A DNA stretch of 63,972 nt, filler included, from Gonapodya sp. JEL0774 (lineage: Eukaryota), in the NCBI GenBank assembly GCA_027604505.1. It is 4 parts of 4 records of this genome, joined end to end, with 100 filler letters (N's around TTAATTAATTAA, not from the genome) between each part and the next. Parts side by side here need not be neighbours in the genome. Positions count along the whole stretch, not along the records: positions 33,791 to 50,309 come from JADIIX010000276.1; positions 50,410 to 63,972 come from JADIIX010000325.1; 2 more parts are not named here. One strand, given 5' to 3'. Position numbers and translations under genes: made by a program. Under the pieces are notes generated by a model. The model saw only the letters and a program-made list of their open reading frames with translations, had not been told where the DNA came from and did not search any database. Shown here piece after piece: positions 39,304 through 51,100 of this stretch (position 1 is its first letter; every line of letters begins with the position of its first letter).

Positions 39304-40662
39304 TCATACAATCTGCTCCTGCTCTACATTTGTGGAGTGTATTATTCGACTACGGGAGATCATAATGGTCTCCCCTGCATGGTTTCCCGAGGACCCCTCA
39401 ACCACATTGCCATATCCAATTGATGAGAGAAGACTTTGACGGAGTCGCTCATCCATGTACGTGACCAGTATGGGATCAATGAAAGCGTGTAAGGCAATGA
39501 AGAAGCACGCTATCCCCGAAAAAATCGGTGGTTTCGGATACGTCCCAGTCAGAACCTCGTAGAAAACTTTTATAAGGTAGGGGAAGTAGAAAACCATGTA
39601 TACAGCAAGAATGACGAAAGCTCGAGTTGCCACTTGGACGTCCTTCCAGCTGATGTTTGATGCCGTGGAAGACCGTTTATTGATCTGAGGTATAACTGGT
39701 TCTGCATCGCGATCACACAAAGATGAATTCAATTTGTTTCGATGTCGGAGCAAATCCAAGATATTGTTCACATCTTGATGGACGCGGAGTATTTTCCGAG
39801 TGATCGCCGAGTAGCAATAGAAGATGATGACAGTGCCTGTGAAGTCCACAAAGTATCCACAAATTGCTGTGAGAGTCTGCTGCAGTACGTCCCGAGTGGT
39901 AAAATTTCCACTACAAACCTACAACCGAGGACAATAGCGCCAGCTATTTGTCAGTTATGAAACGTTTTGTTATGATCAGGTTTAAAGCATGGGGCTCACA
40001 GCTGGGAACGTATCCAAAATCATATGATGCACAAGTGCAGCGGGTACCCCAGGTGCAAAGACCCAAATCCAGCCAATCAACGCAATGGCTGCGTATCGAG
40101 AGGAGTAGCATGCTGTCGGTGTGTCTCTGCAGATAACTGAATATCGTTCCACCGCTGAAGAAAAAATAAATCGAAGTATTAAGGACAAAGTAGCAGTACG
40201 CATCAATCGCCTCAGAGAGACAGAAAATATACGTACCCATAAGCGCCATTGTCCAAATGGCCACCGTCCCACCTCCGAGCAACACAATACCAGTGACGTC
40301 ACATGAGAGCTGAGAGATTGCACCGTCCGAAGCAATCAAAGACACCGAGCTGGCGACAAGTGATGTAGACATCGCCAAGTCGCTACAGAAAAGGTTAATG
40401 TAGAGTACGCCAATGGTTTTGGTTTGTGACTGTCGAGGGTGTTCGATAAGAAGCAATTGTGCTCGTGACCCTAAATCACACAAAAGAACATCCTCACTCT
40501 CACTCTCCACGCATTAAGAATAATGATCGATGTTGATATGATTCCCCCACCGCCAAGAAAGAGAAAGACAATGATAAATGATTGGACCATGGCCGATTTT
40601 ACGCTGATCTGGTCCTCAGATCCAAGCGTCGAGACGGAACCATCCCCGTTTCCCGCAGACAT
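39304..40662 (-). CDS. Class A GPCR, copy 2, multi-exon
   Basis: Same exon layout as copy 1: YINLFCSDL, CDVTG, AVERYSVIC, IGWIW, FYFPY, HAFIDPILVTYMDERLR. Confidence 0.87.
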
Positions 40663-41016
40663 GATAACTAGGTGAATCGCAATGAAATGTCAATGGATAA
40701 CATCCGACGAGAACTTTTGTTCGTCTCCGTTTGTGATCGGCGAATGATAGGTGAGCGGCTGCCTCCTTCCAAGAATCATCCCGGAGCGACCAAAAACGGA
40801 ACACCGGAATCATCCCCTTAGTGATCTCCGCCAACGCCTCATGAGCTGTCGGAGGAGTATGTATGTACTCAAAAGTTTTGTCTCGTTTCGTCAATCGAAT
40901 ATCGTATTACACCACCGATGCCAAACAATCAATTACATTAATTAAATTGAATCAGAGACATTTTGGTGGCCCATCAAATCAGCACAGTGTTTGCTTGGCG
41001 GGCCTCGCTTCAACTA

Positions 41017-42039
41017 TCACACGACAACATCTGATCGCATCTTCATAATTTCCCGGACTGCTACAGACGGTGGCCCGACTTCTTGCTTAATCTCCGCCTT
41101 TGCTTCCAGTTGACTGGATCCTGATCCGAAACAGACCAAGCTTGAGACGGATATTCTTAGACGTCTATCCATCCATGTGATCAGAATCGGATCACATAAT
41201 GCGTGAATGTTGACAAGCAAGCTTGCAACTCCCGAAAGAATCGGCGGATGCACGGTTGCTCCCGTGATTAACTCGTAGAAGACTTTCGAGACATACGGAA
41301 GATAGAACAGAGCATAAACAACCGCCACAATGAAAGAGCGAAGAGCAAGCTCAACATCACGCCGATTGATTGAGGGTACTGATCGCACACTAGATCTTTT
41401 CGTGTGTATGCTGGCCCGGGGTGCTCGCTTGGATTTTTGCTCGGCGAATTCCTCTGATTTCGAGCTGCCAGCACTTCTTTCGGGGACGCGGGAATTTTCA
41501 TGGCGGGTAACAGCACTCGTTTGGCTCCGTACTTGAATGACCTTAGAAATCTCGCGGAACCAGAATGGAAGATACTGCACCTATAAGTGCCATGTTCCAT
41601 ATTCCACATACCGCCGCGCCGAGTGTGAGAATTCCTGTTGCGTCACATGTTCTTTGATTTGGCATTCCGTTATGAACAGTCATGGCGGCAGCTGCGGTGA
41701 AGACCGCTGCGCTCAACGCCATATCGCACAAAAAGAGATTCAAATAGAGAATGTCGATCGTTTTTGCTACGGACTGGACAAGGAGTGCGGACAGGCATCG
41801 TTTAGCTCAATCCTACATTTCCGAAGGATGTTCAGCAAACCCCAATGCTTTAGGGCGAAATTGCATGGAGTCGCCCTGATTGGAATTGTTACCTTCACGC
41901 GAATGGCATTGGCGAGAAGGAACATGACAACAAAGAATGTGATGAAGCTCAGAATCATTCGTGTGATGACGAAAGGTCTTGTTTGCGGGTCAAGATGGAC
42001 ACCGCCCAAAACATCCCAGTATGGGGCCTCTCCATCCAT
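41017..42039 (-). pseudogene. Class A GPCR, copy 3, lacking the ERY-TM4-ECL2-TM5 segment
   Basis: TM1, LNLFLCDM and CDATG...WNMALI run almost directly into ICL3 and TM6/7 (FYLPY, HALCDPILITWMDRRLR). Confidence 0.7.
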
Positions 42040-42469
42040 CGACGGGTCGAAGTTTCCGGGACTGTAGCTCTATCGATCAGTCGGAGGATTGCGAATCCAG
42101 TCGTCCAGAGCAGCAGGCAGCCTCCCTGATCCGCCCGATCGGCGAGCAGAGGAACAGAGATACCCGGCTCGGTGCCACTCCACACTGGTATGCTTCGGTA
42201 TTCGTATGTTTCATCGAGCGCATCTCGCAATGGAACTTGCAGGACAGACAAATAATGAGATTCGCCTGACGCGGCTTTGTCATAACTCCAGACGTTTCAC
42301 TTGGAGGTCCCTCGTTAAGAACTAGCCCGCAGATGATAGTTCCTGAATTTTCCTTCGATTCTTCGAAAGACGGAAGTGGTTGAGGGATGTACATTTGTTG
42401 GATTTGGAGTATGTATGTAGCTTAGGGTTATATCGATGGGCATTCACAGCTACATACCCTTCCATTTAT

Positions 42470-43880
42470 AATGACGACGGGAAAGCGCAAGACGCGCGTT
42501 CAACTGGCATCCTCGTAAATTTTCTTCTACCTTGCTACTCTATGAACTTTGCTCTGACGGTCGCTCCGTTCCCGACTTAAACCGGAAAGAAACGACTTTG
42601 ACCGCTTGCTTTCGATACTCACCCGCAATCCGACTGCACGCCTTCTGAGCATCAACAAACTTCAGGATTACGTTTTAGAGGGCGAAGATGGCCAACTTGG
42701 ACGGCAAGGGTCAGTGGAAGTCCGTCTCTCGGAGCAAGCTCCTCCCGATCCCATTTCTGATCCTCGGTGAATAGGGTTTCCTTCACGTTTCGATACATCA
42801 CTCGCACATACCCGGTACTTCCAACTTATGATATTGGAGATGAGGAAGCAGAGTTTGTGTTGGCCGTTCTTGATGGACAGGGCAACGGTGACGTGAGCGC
42901 TCAAAGATCCAGTTCCTGATCGTCTCCGATATTCAGCCTTGCAACCATTGTACTTACTCTATTCAGACTTCCTTGATGCGTTTCCGAGAGTCGTCGGAAG
43001 AAATCAATCCTGATGACGATGAAATCCGACTCATTCTCAGAGAGAGCCCACTTAGACCCGAATGGACGTCGGCACCGGCTCCGCGGCACAGTACTCGCGA
43101 GCAAGCTCTGGGATACGGGAGAGCCAAGAGTAAACTTGTGAAGAGGGTTTTAGACAACCACGGTGTTGGCGATGGGTTGAAGCTCACCGGTGAGTTTCGC
43201 AGTTCGGTAGACAAAAGCGATATACAGAGTGTCTCAGTATGAGTTGGAGAAGGCCTGGAGGCTTACAGTGTACGAGCGACACTATCCTCGACACTGAACT
43301 GCTCCGCGTTTTTTCAACCGCACTGGTCTCCTAGGCAATTTCCACACCTTCCGGCACACGTTCTCCCTCCTTGCCACACCCGTTGATACTCCATCTACTA
43401 CCGAGTCCATTTCCTCTCCTTTACGCTCTCTTGTTCACCTCGACCGATGTCAGGTCGCTCACAACGAGCCCTTGGGTTGGTTCGTGACACTGGTGGATGT
43501 TGCAGGTGATGGAGAGAGTGGGGATGAAAACGACGAAGGTGATGGAAGAGATGAGAGCGGGGAGAGAATGTGGGTGGTGAGAAACATGGGCTGGAGAGCA
43601 CGTGCAACATTCGCAATTTTTATTAAGATCATTTCCCCACTGCTCCTTGCCTAGGCGCTTCCTCCTCCGCACCTCTCATCTCACGGCCAGTCCCAGCCCG
43701 CAACAGCCAACTGTGCTTTTCAGTCGGTATGCCCTCAAGTGGGACCAAGACGAACAACAAAGGGAACAGAAAGAAGCGGAGCGACAAGACAGGGTAGTGA
43801 AAGAAGTAGCGAGAGACTTGGAAGCGAGAGAGCGAGCGAAGAGAGTGGGAGTTGCGGGAATAGAAGGGGAAGGGTGAGTT
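42470..43880 (+). CDS. Possible degenerate CYTH (triphosphate tunnel fold)-like gene; exon structure unresolved
   Basis: Fragments in CYTH order: RLILRE, GLKL, LLGNFHTFRHTF, LVHLDRC, LGWFVTL (consensus RLKLR, GPKL, GxVxKxR, IHLDxV, LGxFxELE). Confidence 0.3.
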
Positions 43881-44414
43881 GTACATGTTCACCAGCTGAT
43901 AAGTGACGCCCGGTTTCAAACAAATGCCCCGAATTCGTCATACATCTCTAGTCCCTCGTTTCGCCGCGAGGACTCTGAACTGGACCCTCTAGCACGCGAA
44001 TCACTCCGAAAACTCGTCGAGGGTGAGGACGCGCTGGCGTACGAAGTGGTCCAAGGAGCTCTGAGCGGGACAGTGAACACGCAAAGTTTGAGTAGAGAGA
44101 ATGATGATGACGGAGGGGATGGATCAGGTAATGGTCGGAAAGGAAGGCTTTAGATCTTTCGACACCCCAGGAATTCGTTTGTTGAGTGGCGACCTTGCAT
44201 ATAGGTCGAGTAGGAATCACGGAATCCAAAAAATCATTATTTCATTGAAAGGAGCTTATCAGTTTCGGATTTCGAGAACACATAAGTTTTCGTGGCCGAT
44301 GGGGTCGGCTGCTGGCAAGCCCTGTACCCTAACATATCTCTGGATTCGAGAACGCTACCATTCACTCTGTTCAGTTAACGCCAGCATTACTTAACATCTG
44401 TCACGCGTCTCGTG

Positions 44415-45739
44415 ATGGCTGTACCTTCCGCATTGTCCACCCTTCCAGTGGAAACCCTCGCCTCCATCGCTGGCTACCTCCCCATCATCGCCTCACTCCG
44501 TCTGGCCAGAACGTGCAACTCTATCGAGCGAATACTGGGTGTGCCGATTGTGTGGACTCGACTGGATTTCACGGGGTTGGGGGTGGAGTTCGGGGACAGT
44601 GACTTTCGTCGATTCATACAGTTCTTGGCCCGGTGTACCGCGCCTTCGCTTGGCTGTGACCAAGACGCTGCAGAGAAAGTGGTGAAAGAGAGTGTGCAGG
44701 TTGTTGTACTGGACGGGACAGGCGTGACGACGACTTTAGTCCAAGCGATTCTTCAGGAAATGCAGAGCATGGTGTTTCTATCGGCGAGGAATGCAAAGTT
44801 TGTGGATGTCGGGCTTTTGGAGTCGGTTTTGATAGTACAGCGAGAGAAAAACGCAGAGGTTCGAAACATGTTAGTCAATGGACCTCACAGACAGACGGAA
44901 TCCTTCCAACTGCTCCCTCTGCAATCTCGCATTCGGGTTATGGATTTCTCCGGGACACCAGCTTTTCTCGACAGAATACTTGTTTCCACTGTCGTTTTTA
45001 AGAGAGCGTTTCCCAGTTTGATACAAATCTACCCAGAGCCTTGCTGGAGCTGCAGCAAAGCCTGTGAGAAAGGCCACCAGGAGAAGGTCAAGTCTTTAAT
45101 TTCAACAAGCAGGTGAGCCAGCGTCATGCTCTCTGGAAGTTTTCCCCACCCATAATGTCTACTTGGAACTTTGGCAATATCTATTGTAGAATGAGCCTAT
45201 TGCACATAGTCAGCATGCGTCACGAATCTCCAGACTACCTCAACCGTTGCTCATCATGTCTGTCGAACGCAACTTGTCATGACTGCGGACTATTTTTCCA
45301 TGAAGCCACTGTGCTGTCCGGCTTCATTCCGTTGTGGCATAGGCTGTGTGCAACTTGTGGCAAACATTTTAACCGGCAGTGCGAGTCTTGCCGGAATCAT
45401 TGGCCGACGTGCCGTAAGCAAGGGTGCGCGGCTCAAATCTGTCCGGACTGTGCACACCAAGTGGATCATGCTTGTGTGGTGTGTGGTAGTACGGCCTTTT
45501 GTTTCAACCATAGGGCAGGCGGGTGTGGAAAGCCCGGGTGTTCTATTTTGTGGTGCAAAGACTGCAGAATCGTGCAGGATACACAATCCGATTTGTGTAG
45601 AAGTTGTCAGACTCCTCTCTGTGCTGGGTGTGACTCGAGCAGGGAACCAGGGGCCGATGACGTCACCGTGATTGTGACATGCCGCCGATGTCGGACATTT
45701 GAAGCTTCAATTCGCGAGGTACTATCAGACTTTGATTGA
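44415..45739 (+). CDS. F-box protein with short LRR-like region and long Cys-rich C-terminus
   Basis: N-terminal LSTLPVETLASIAGYLP...LRLARTC...WTRLDF; many CxxC pairs in the 3' exon; intron near 45113. Confidence 0.75.
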
Positions 45740-45918
45740 ATTGATACTACAACTTTACATTGTAAAGACGGGCCAACATAATGCGCGAAATAACACAGAT
45801 ACGCTTGATGTTCAATAAAAGAATGTCGCTACTACGCTGCCGCGGACTCCCCAGTGTCCTTTCCCAAAGGGTCGGAAGGTTTTTTTCCGTTGAAGACACA
45901 AAGCGAACCTGCATCACA

Positions 45919-47702
45919 ATGGCGAGCGACAGGCGGTTGATCGATGCGGTCGAATCAGGCAATCCAGTGGATGTGCGCACGATTCTGGACGCTGGGGCAA
46001 GCGCCAACGTTCGCAAGCTGGTCTCACTGAATGTCAGGGTCATCGAAGAGAATGGAAACGTGGCACCGAGGACGGACACTATTGAATGCGAAAGTGCTTT
46101 GGCGCTGGCGATCATCCATAACCAGCCCGAGATCGTCGAGGTGTTGCTGGCGAGCGGTGCGACGACTGGGGAGATAACATGGAGGGACAGCACTTGGTGG
46201 GACAGGGACCTCACGATTGAGGAGTGGGATACGAGATGGCTGCTTGCTTATTCGTTCCCGAGTGCGATTTGTTTGGCTGTGGGACGTGGTGGCACGTTGA
46301 CGCGCCTGAGCGACGGCCAAAAAGCCGAGGCGCCCGACGGTAAGGGCAGAGTTGCGGGAAACAAACCTGGCGGCATCGTACACATCGAGAATCCTAAATC
46401 GCTGGACGACGTTAGGGTTCTGATGGAATTGAAACCGTCGATCGCGGTGGTTCAGGCGTTGCTCTCTCAGGGTGCCCCGGTGACTGACGTGGAACTCAAG
46501 GCCGCAAAGGCGAACCCCGATACCACGTTTTTCGAGTTACTTCTACGACACGCGACCAAATCTCCGGATGTAAATACGTCGCAGGCACCAGCGTCACCCC
46601 AACAGTCTCAAGCCTCCCAACACACCCAGTTTTTACCACCTTCAAAATCTTCCATCGTTTCTCAATCCTCCCAGGCATCGCACGTCTCACAGGGATTGCA
46701 CAACCCGTTGGCGAGGTCACAATCCGTCGCCAGCAGCAAAGTGACCACACCTCAATCCCCGGACGTTACCTCCCTGGCGTCGCTTTTGCGGGACAGTACC
46801 GAGCGCATTGAACGATTGACTGCTCGAGCGGTGGCGGCTGAAGCAAGGGTTGCGGAATTGGAGAAGAGTGCAGAGGAGAGCAAGACTCAGACCAACACCG
46901 CAGTGGAGCAGAATTCACAGATGCAGGATAGAGTCAAGGAGCTGGAAAAGGACAATTCGAGTCTCAGATTGGAAAATACCAAGCTCAGGTCTTCCAGTCT
47001 CACTCTCATTTCCGAGAAAACTGCGATACAGTTCCGCCTAACCGCATTGGAGAAAGAGAACACGAGTCTGCGAGATGAGAACTCTTCCTTGCGTACGCGA
47101 ATCACCCAGATGGGAGCGGGAAAAAGCTCGGAGCCCACACCTGTCGAAGCAGTCATGTACGCCATCGCGGATTTTGAGCCCCGGGACGCAGATGAGTTGA
47201 GGCTCCGAGTTGGGGAAAGGGTCTTTGTGAATCTTGCATTCGCAGATGGGTGGGGCTCGGTGAGTTACTCTAATTATAAGATTCCATCACGTAATCATCA
47301 CTAATACGTTTGTCTATTAAGGGCTTTAATACCTCTACAAACGCTGCCGGTGTCTTCCCCCTCGTCGCCGTCGCACAGAAGGCTCCCACTGCACCTAGTG
47401 GCCCCAACGCGTCTACGATCACCTCTACAACGGCCCGATTCGATTCGCGCTTGCACACAATCCCAGCCGTTGGTGCGGGTGGAGCACTTGCATCAGGTTT
47501 CCATCCACGTGTGGATTCCGCGTTGGTGGATGTGGTGGGACCACGAGATTCCCCGAGTGAGAGGTACGCGAGAAACGCAGATCAAGTGGTGGATTCCGTC
47601 ACAACCGTCACTACGGCGGACTCACAGATAAGCAACATACCGTATCGGGCAGTCGCCGGCAACTGGACTGCAGGGACTTTAGATGTTCGGTCCAGAACCT
47701 GA
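45919..47702 (+). CDS. Ankyrin-repeat / coiled-coil / SH3 protein
   Basis: LIDAVESGNPVDVRTILDAGASAN and ESALALAIIHNQPEIVEVLLASGA; heptad coiled coil; SH3 YAIADFEPRDADELRLRVGERV...DGWGS|GFN...GVFP split by an intron. Confidence 0.85.
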
Positions 47703-48217
47703 GGGGAACGATTAGGTGGTACAGTCCAAACACGGAATCCCTACGAGAATTTTTTTGGTTATTGCGAGCTTCTTTGGATCATGCGAGGGATGCATAGTTG
47801 CGAGAACATCTCGAGACATTTTGCGCCTGTGCAGTTGATTTTAGTTCACCGTCACCTGCTGTTGCCGTTGGTTTTAGTTCAGCGTCACCTGCTAGCAGAC
47901 TACACTATGCATAATGAGTTATGTATATTGCACATTAAAATTCAGCACCACTACGATAAACTCTCTTCGTGTTCGATGCGGAGGTAGTTTATCCAGACCG
48001 CGGGTTGGAGTGCCAATTATGGAATGCACGCTGATCAAATACTGCACAGCACAAAGTGAGGCAAGTCGGCTAAACGTTTTTGAGACGAATGAGTGAACGC
48101 TGTAGGGATGCTAATATTGGGAGACACGGCCAACAGAGTTGGTCGTCTGCAGCACCGTTTTAAAACCACTCACACAATCACCTCTTATCTGCAAAAGCTC
48201 GTACCAGCAAGAACACT

Positions 48218-48778
48218 ATGTCCACCTTCTCGTCTCAGCTACCGACAACTAAGCCCTCCTCCCTTCCCCGCCGTCCTTCCGAAGGCTCGCTGTCATCGAG
48301 CCCTGGTCCGCCCTCCGCGTCACCCTCCAGCGAGAATCCGCCAGTGCTCAGCAGCCAAGCTCAGGCACACGGCCCACATACATTTGATACATGGCGCGAG
48401 AAGTACGCTGGGGCGATCAAGTGAGTTAGTGATGGATTGGGGTGTGGAGGAACTGATGACGTCATTCACTAGAATCAAGTCGTGTGCTTCTCATCATAAC
48501 TCTAACTTACTCTCGCTCCTGCCTCCAGGCTACGCAGAGGAAGTGGCACCTGGGAATCTGGATATAAGTGGAGTTCCTCGCCCACTGATCAGAGTGCAAC
48601 AGGCACTAGTGGGAGCTTCTTCTCCATGGGCGGCTCCTCCACCGGCTTAGACATGAATCCCACTAGCGGTTCGGCCTCGACAAACCCGCAAAGGAGAGCA
48701 AGCTTTACCGAGAGGTTAAAACAGGAAATGAGTGTGGTCCAGGAGGATCCGTATGACATCACGTACATGACCATTTGA
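48218..48778 (+). CDS. Small Ser/Pro-rich disordered protein, two exons
   Basis: A GTGAGT...CCAG intron (about 48421-48528) joins MSTFSSQ...AGAIK in frame to LRRGSGTW...RRASFTERLKQEMSVVQEDPYDITYMTI*. Confidence 0.55.
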
Positions 48779-50309
48779 TTGACACGGTTCGTTGCACAGG
48801 TGGCGGGCTGGGGAGAGATTATCGCAGTACTTACATCGCACTTCGATGATTTTGCAATTCGCGTTCAGGACATATGGAAGATGGAACGGCTCAGCGAGTG
48901 CGACACTGCGGTGATCATCCATAAACAAGAACGCATTGAAGAAGAAACGCGAATGTGATCAAGAGCATAGAACCTTATGAGTACTTTGTAGTTGAGATTC
49001 CAAATAGTAAATACATTCTCTGTTTTGCGATAACTACATCGACCGCAATGTTTGCAAATACTTAGGAATTAGGAATTGCCCGATCGTGCGAGATTTCAAC
49101 ACCAAACAACCGCTATCAATGCTCGTACATTCCATAGCAGGCGTGGACCATCACGCCGTCGTAACTTCATGAGTGTGCGCGGGCACGTTCTAATTGGCGT
49201 AATCAATAAATCACAATTGTCGGATAGTAGTTCGAATGTTAAGCCAGCAGACTTCGTCCAATCGCCCACTAGATCATGGCTTGTGTATCTGGTTTTCTGC
49301 CTTACGCTTACGGCTCACGCTAAGTTGACTCGTGTGATGTGAGGCAAGTCTGTCGGTCAGGTAAAATGGTGATGCATATGTATTCATGGGAGCACAACAA
49401 AAGGCATGCGCACCCTTTCTTGTTTGCCTTGGAATAGGCACTGTGTTGTGCTCTGGTGCTTGCACTCTTCTTGCATCGGGGCACTCGCACTACAGTTAAC
49501 GTGGTCACAGGCTGAACATGACGGACGGCCATCTAGTTCAATTCCACCACCACATCGATCATGCCTAGGATGTGGACTTTGTATGGGGGTCCGAAATGTG
49601 GTTAGCTATGAGGAACAAGTGAGAACACTCAAGTACGTTCGTGACTTTAAGGGAGAACCTAGACAACCAACAACTTTCCCCACTGCAAAGATTTTAAAGT
49701 TAGAGATAGAGACAGGGGGGGAACCTGAAGCGTTATATAGACACCGAGTGTGTATTCAAAGTAAAGAACAAAAGCTTATTCATATGAGAAAATTGGAGTT
49801 AGTATAGTAGGCAGTGTCATTCTAAATTGTACCAGAAGATGGGAAGAGGGGAAGAACGCTTCCCTTGGTGTTTGCGAGAGGCCACTTCCAAACCACAGTT
49901 CCCATGGCGCCGACGGAGCCCCTGTCACTTGATTCAAGACGAAGTGTGGAAGATCTGCAATAAATGAAGATCCGGGGTTTGTGAAGAACAGCAAGCGCCC
50001 TCATATGAAAACATTGAGTTTATAAACGGGGGAATGCCAATCTAATTTAGTGAACGAGAAGACGGAAGAGGGAAAGCTCCCCCAAAGCAAGACTTCCCAT
50101 GAGCTTCCCACGTCAGTTGGCGACCCAGCCCCTCACAAATGGGAGTAGTACTCTCGCAAGTCACAAGCACGAAATAGGAAATCTGTGCTCGGAGTCGGCG
50201 ACATGACTATGTAAACCACGGTTTTTTAATTCATATTTGTGTCTGCAGGTGAGTGATACTTTCGAATATTGCTAGTTCCTCTGTCAAGTATATAAATAGG
50301 AATCGTGGT

Positions 50310-50409
50310 NNNNNNNNNNNNNNNNNNNNNNNNNNNNNNNNNNNNNNNNNNNNTTAATTAATTAANNNNNNNNNNNNNNNNNNNNNNNNNNNNNNNNNNN
50401 NNNNNNNNN
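50310..50409. other. Artificial contig linker
   Basis: N44-TTAATTAATTAA-N44. Confidence 0.98.
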
Positions 50410-50485
50410 ACAAGGCTGGAAAAATATTGTCAAAGTAAGAGGTTCCAACCCTCACTTAAGTGACGCTCAGGGGGGAAGGGGTTAA
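50410..50485. mobile_element. piggyBac-type transposon terminus (element extends toward the contig edge)
   Basis: Ends ...GGGGGAAGGGG|TTAA with subterminal CCTCACTTAAGTGA; it is the inverted counterpart of 63900-63945. Confidence 0.6.
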
Positions 50486-50993
50486 TTGAGGTCCTACTTC
50501 TCCTTTCATCGTGCCCGCACAAAGAAGTCCTTTTTACACCATTATTTTTTTCTCGGAGGGGAACTGACAAAGACAAAAAGGTTCAGGGGTATTTTTGCTT
50601 TGTTTCCAGCCTCTCACGAAAAAATGTGCAGTTGATCTCCTCCTCAAACAAAACTGTGGCCTTTCGATCCAGAAGACAGGGGGATTCGCGAAAATTTGTC
50701 ATAACCTATTTCTGTAAATGGTTTACGACAATGGTCATGATATCCACGGAGAGGTTTGAGGAAGAGAAGGGACACAGGTCTTTGTAAACTATATCAATCA
50801 GCTTACACAGTCACTTTCCCTCCTAGCATCTCTGATTCCTTCTAACAGTAAAGTGCGGCACATACTCAATTATAACGTCCTTCGATTTATTCCCAAAGCC
50901 CCTTTGAGGATAAATGACCTGGCCGCACTGTGGGTGTGGAGACGACAAAACCACAATTTTTTCTGAGGTATTCAAAAGAGGAGCCTTCATGAG

Positions 50994-51001
50994 TATATAA
51001 A
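50994..51001 (+). promoter_or_regulatory. TATA box of the Pro-rich repeat gene
   Basis: TATATAAA about 100 bp upstream of ATG 51101. Confidence 0.45.
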
Positions 51002-51100
51002 GTAGACCGTTTCTTCTCCAGCCTTAGTCCCACTCAACAATTCAACTGATAGCCAGTTCTCTCCACGAGTGGAATAACACCTCACACAAGAACAGTCACG

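Noticed and set aside
37674..42039. GPCRs as functional opsins
   Set aside because: No Lys at the retinal-attachment position of TM7 in any copy.
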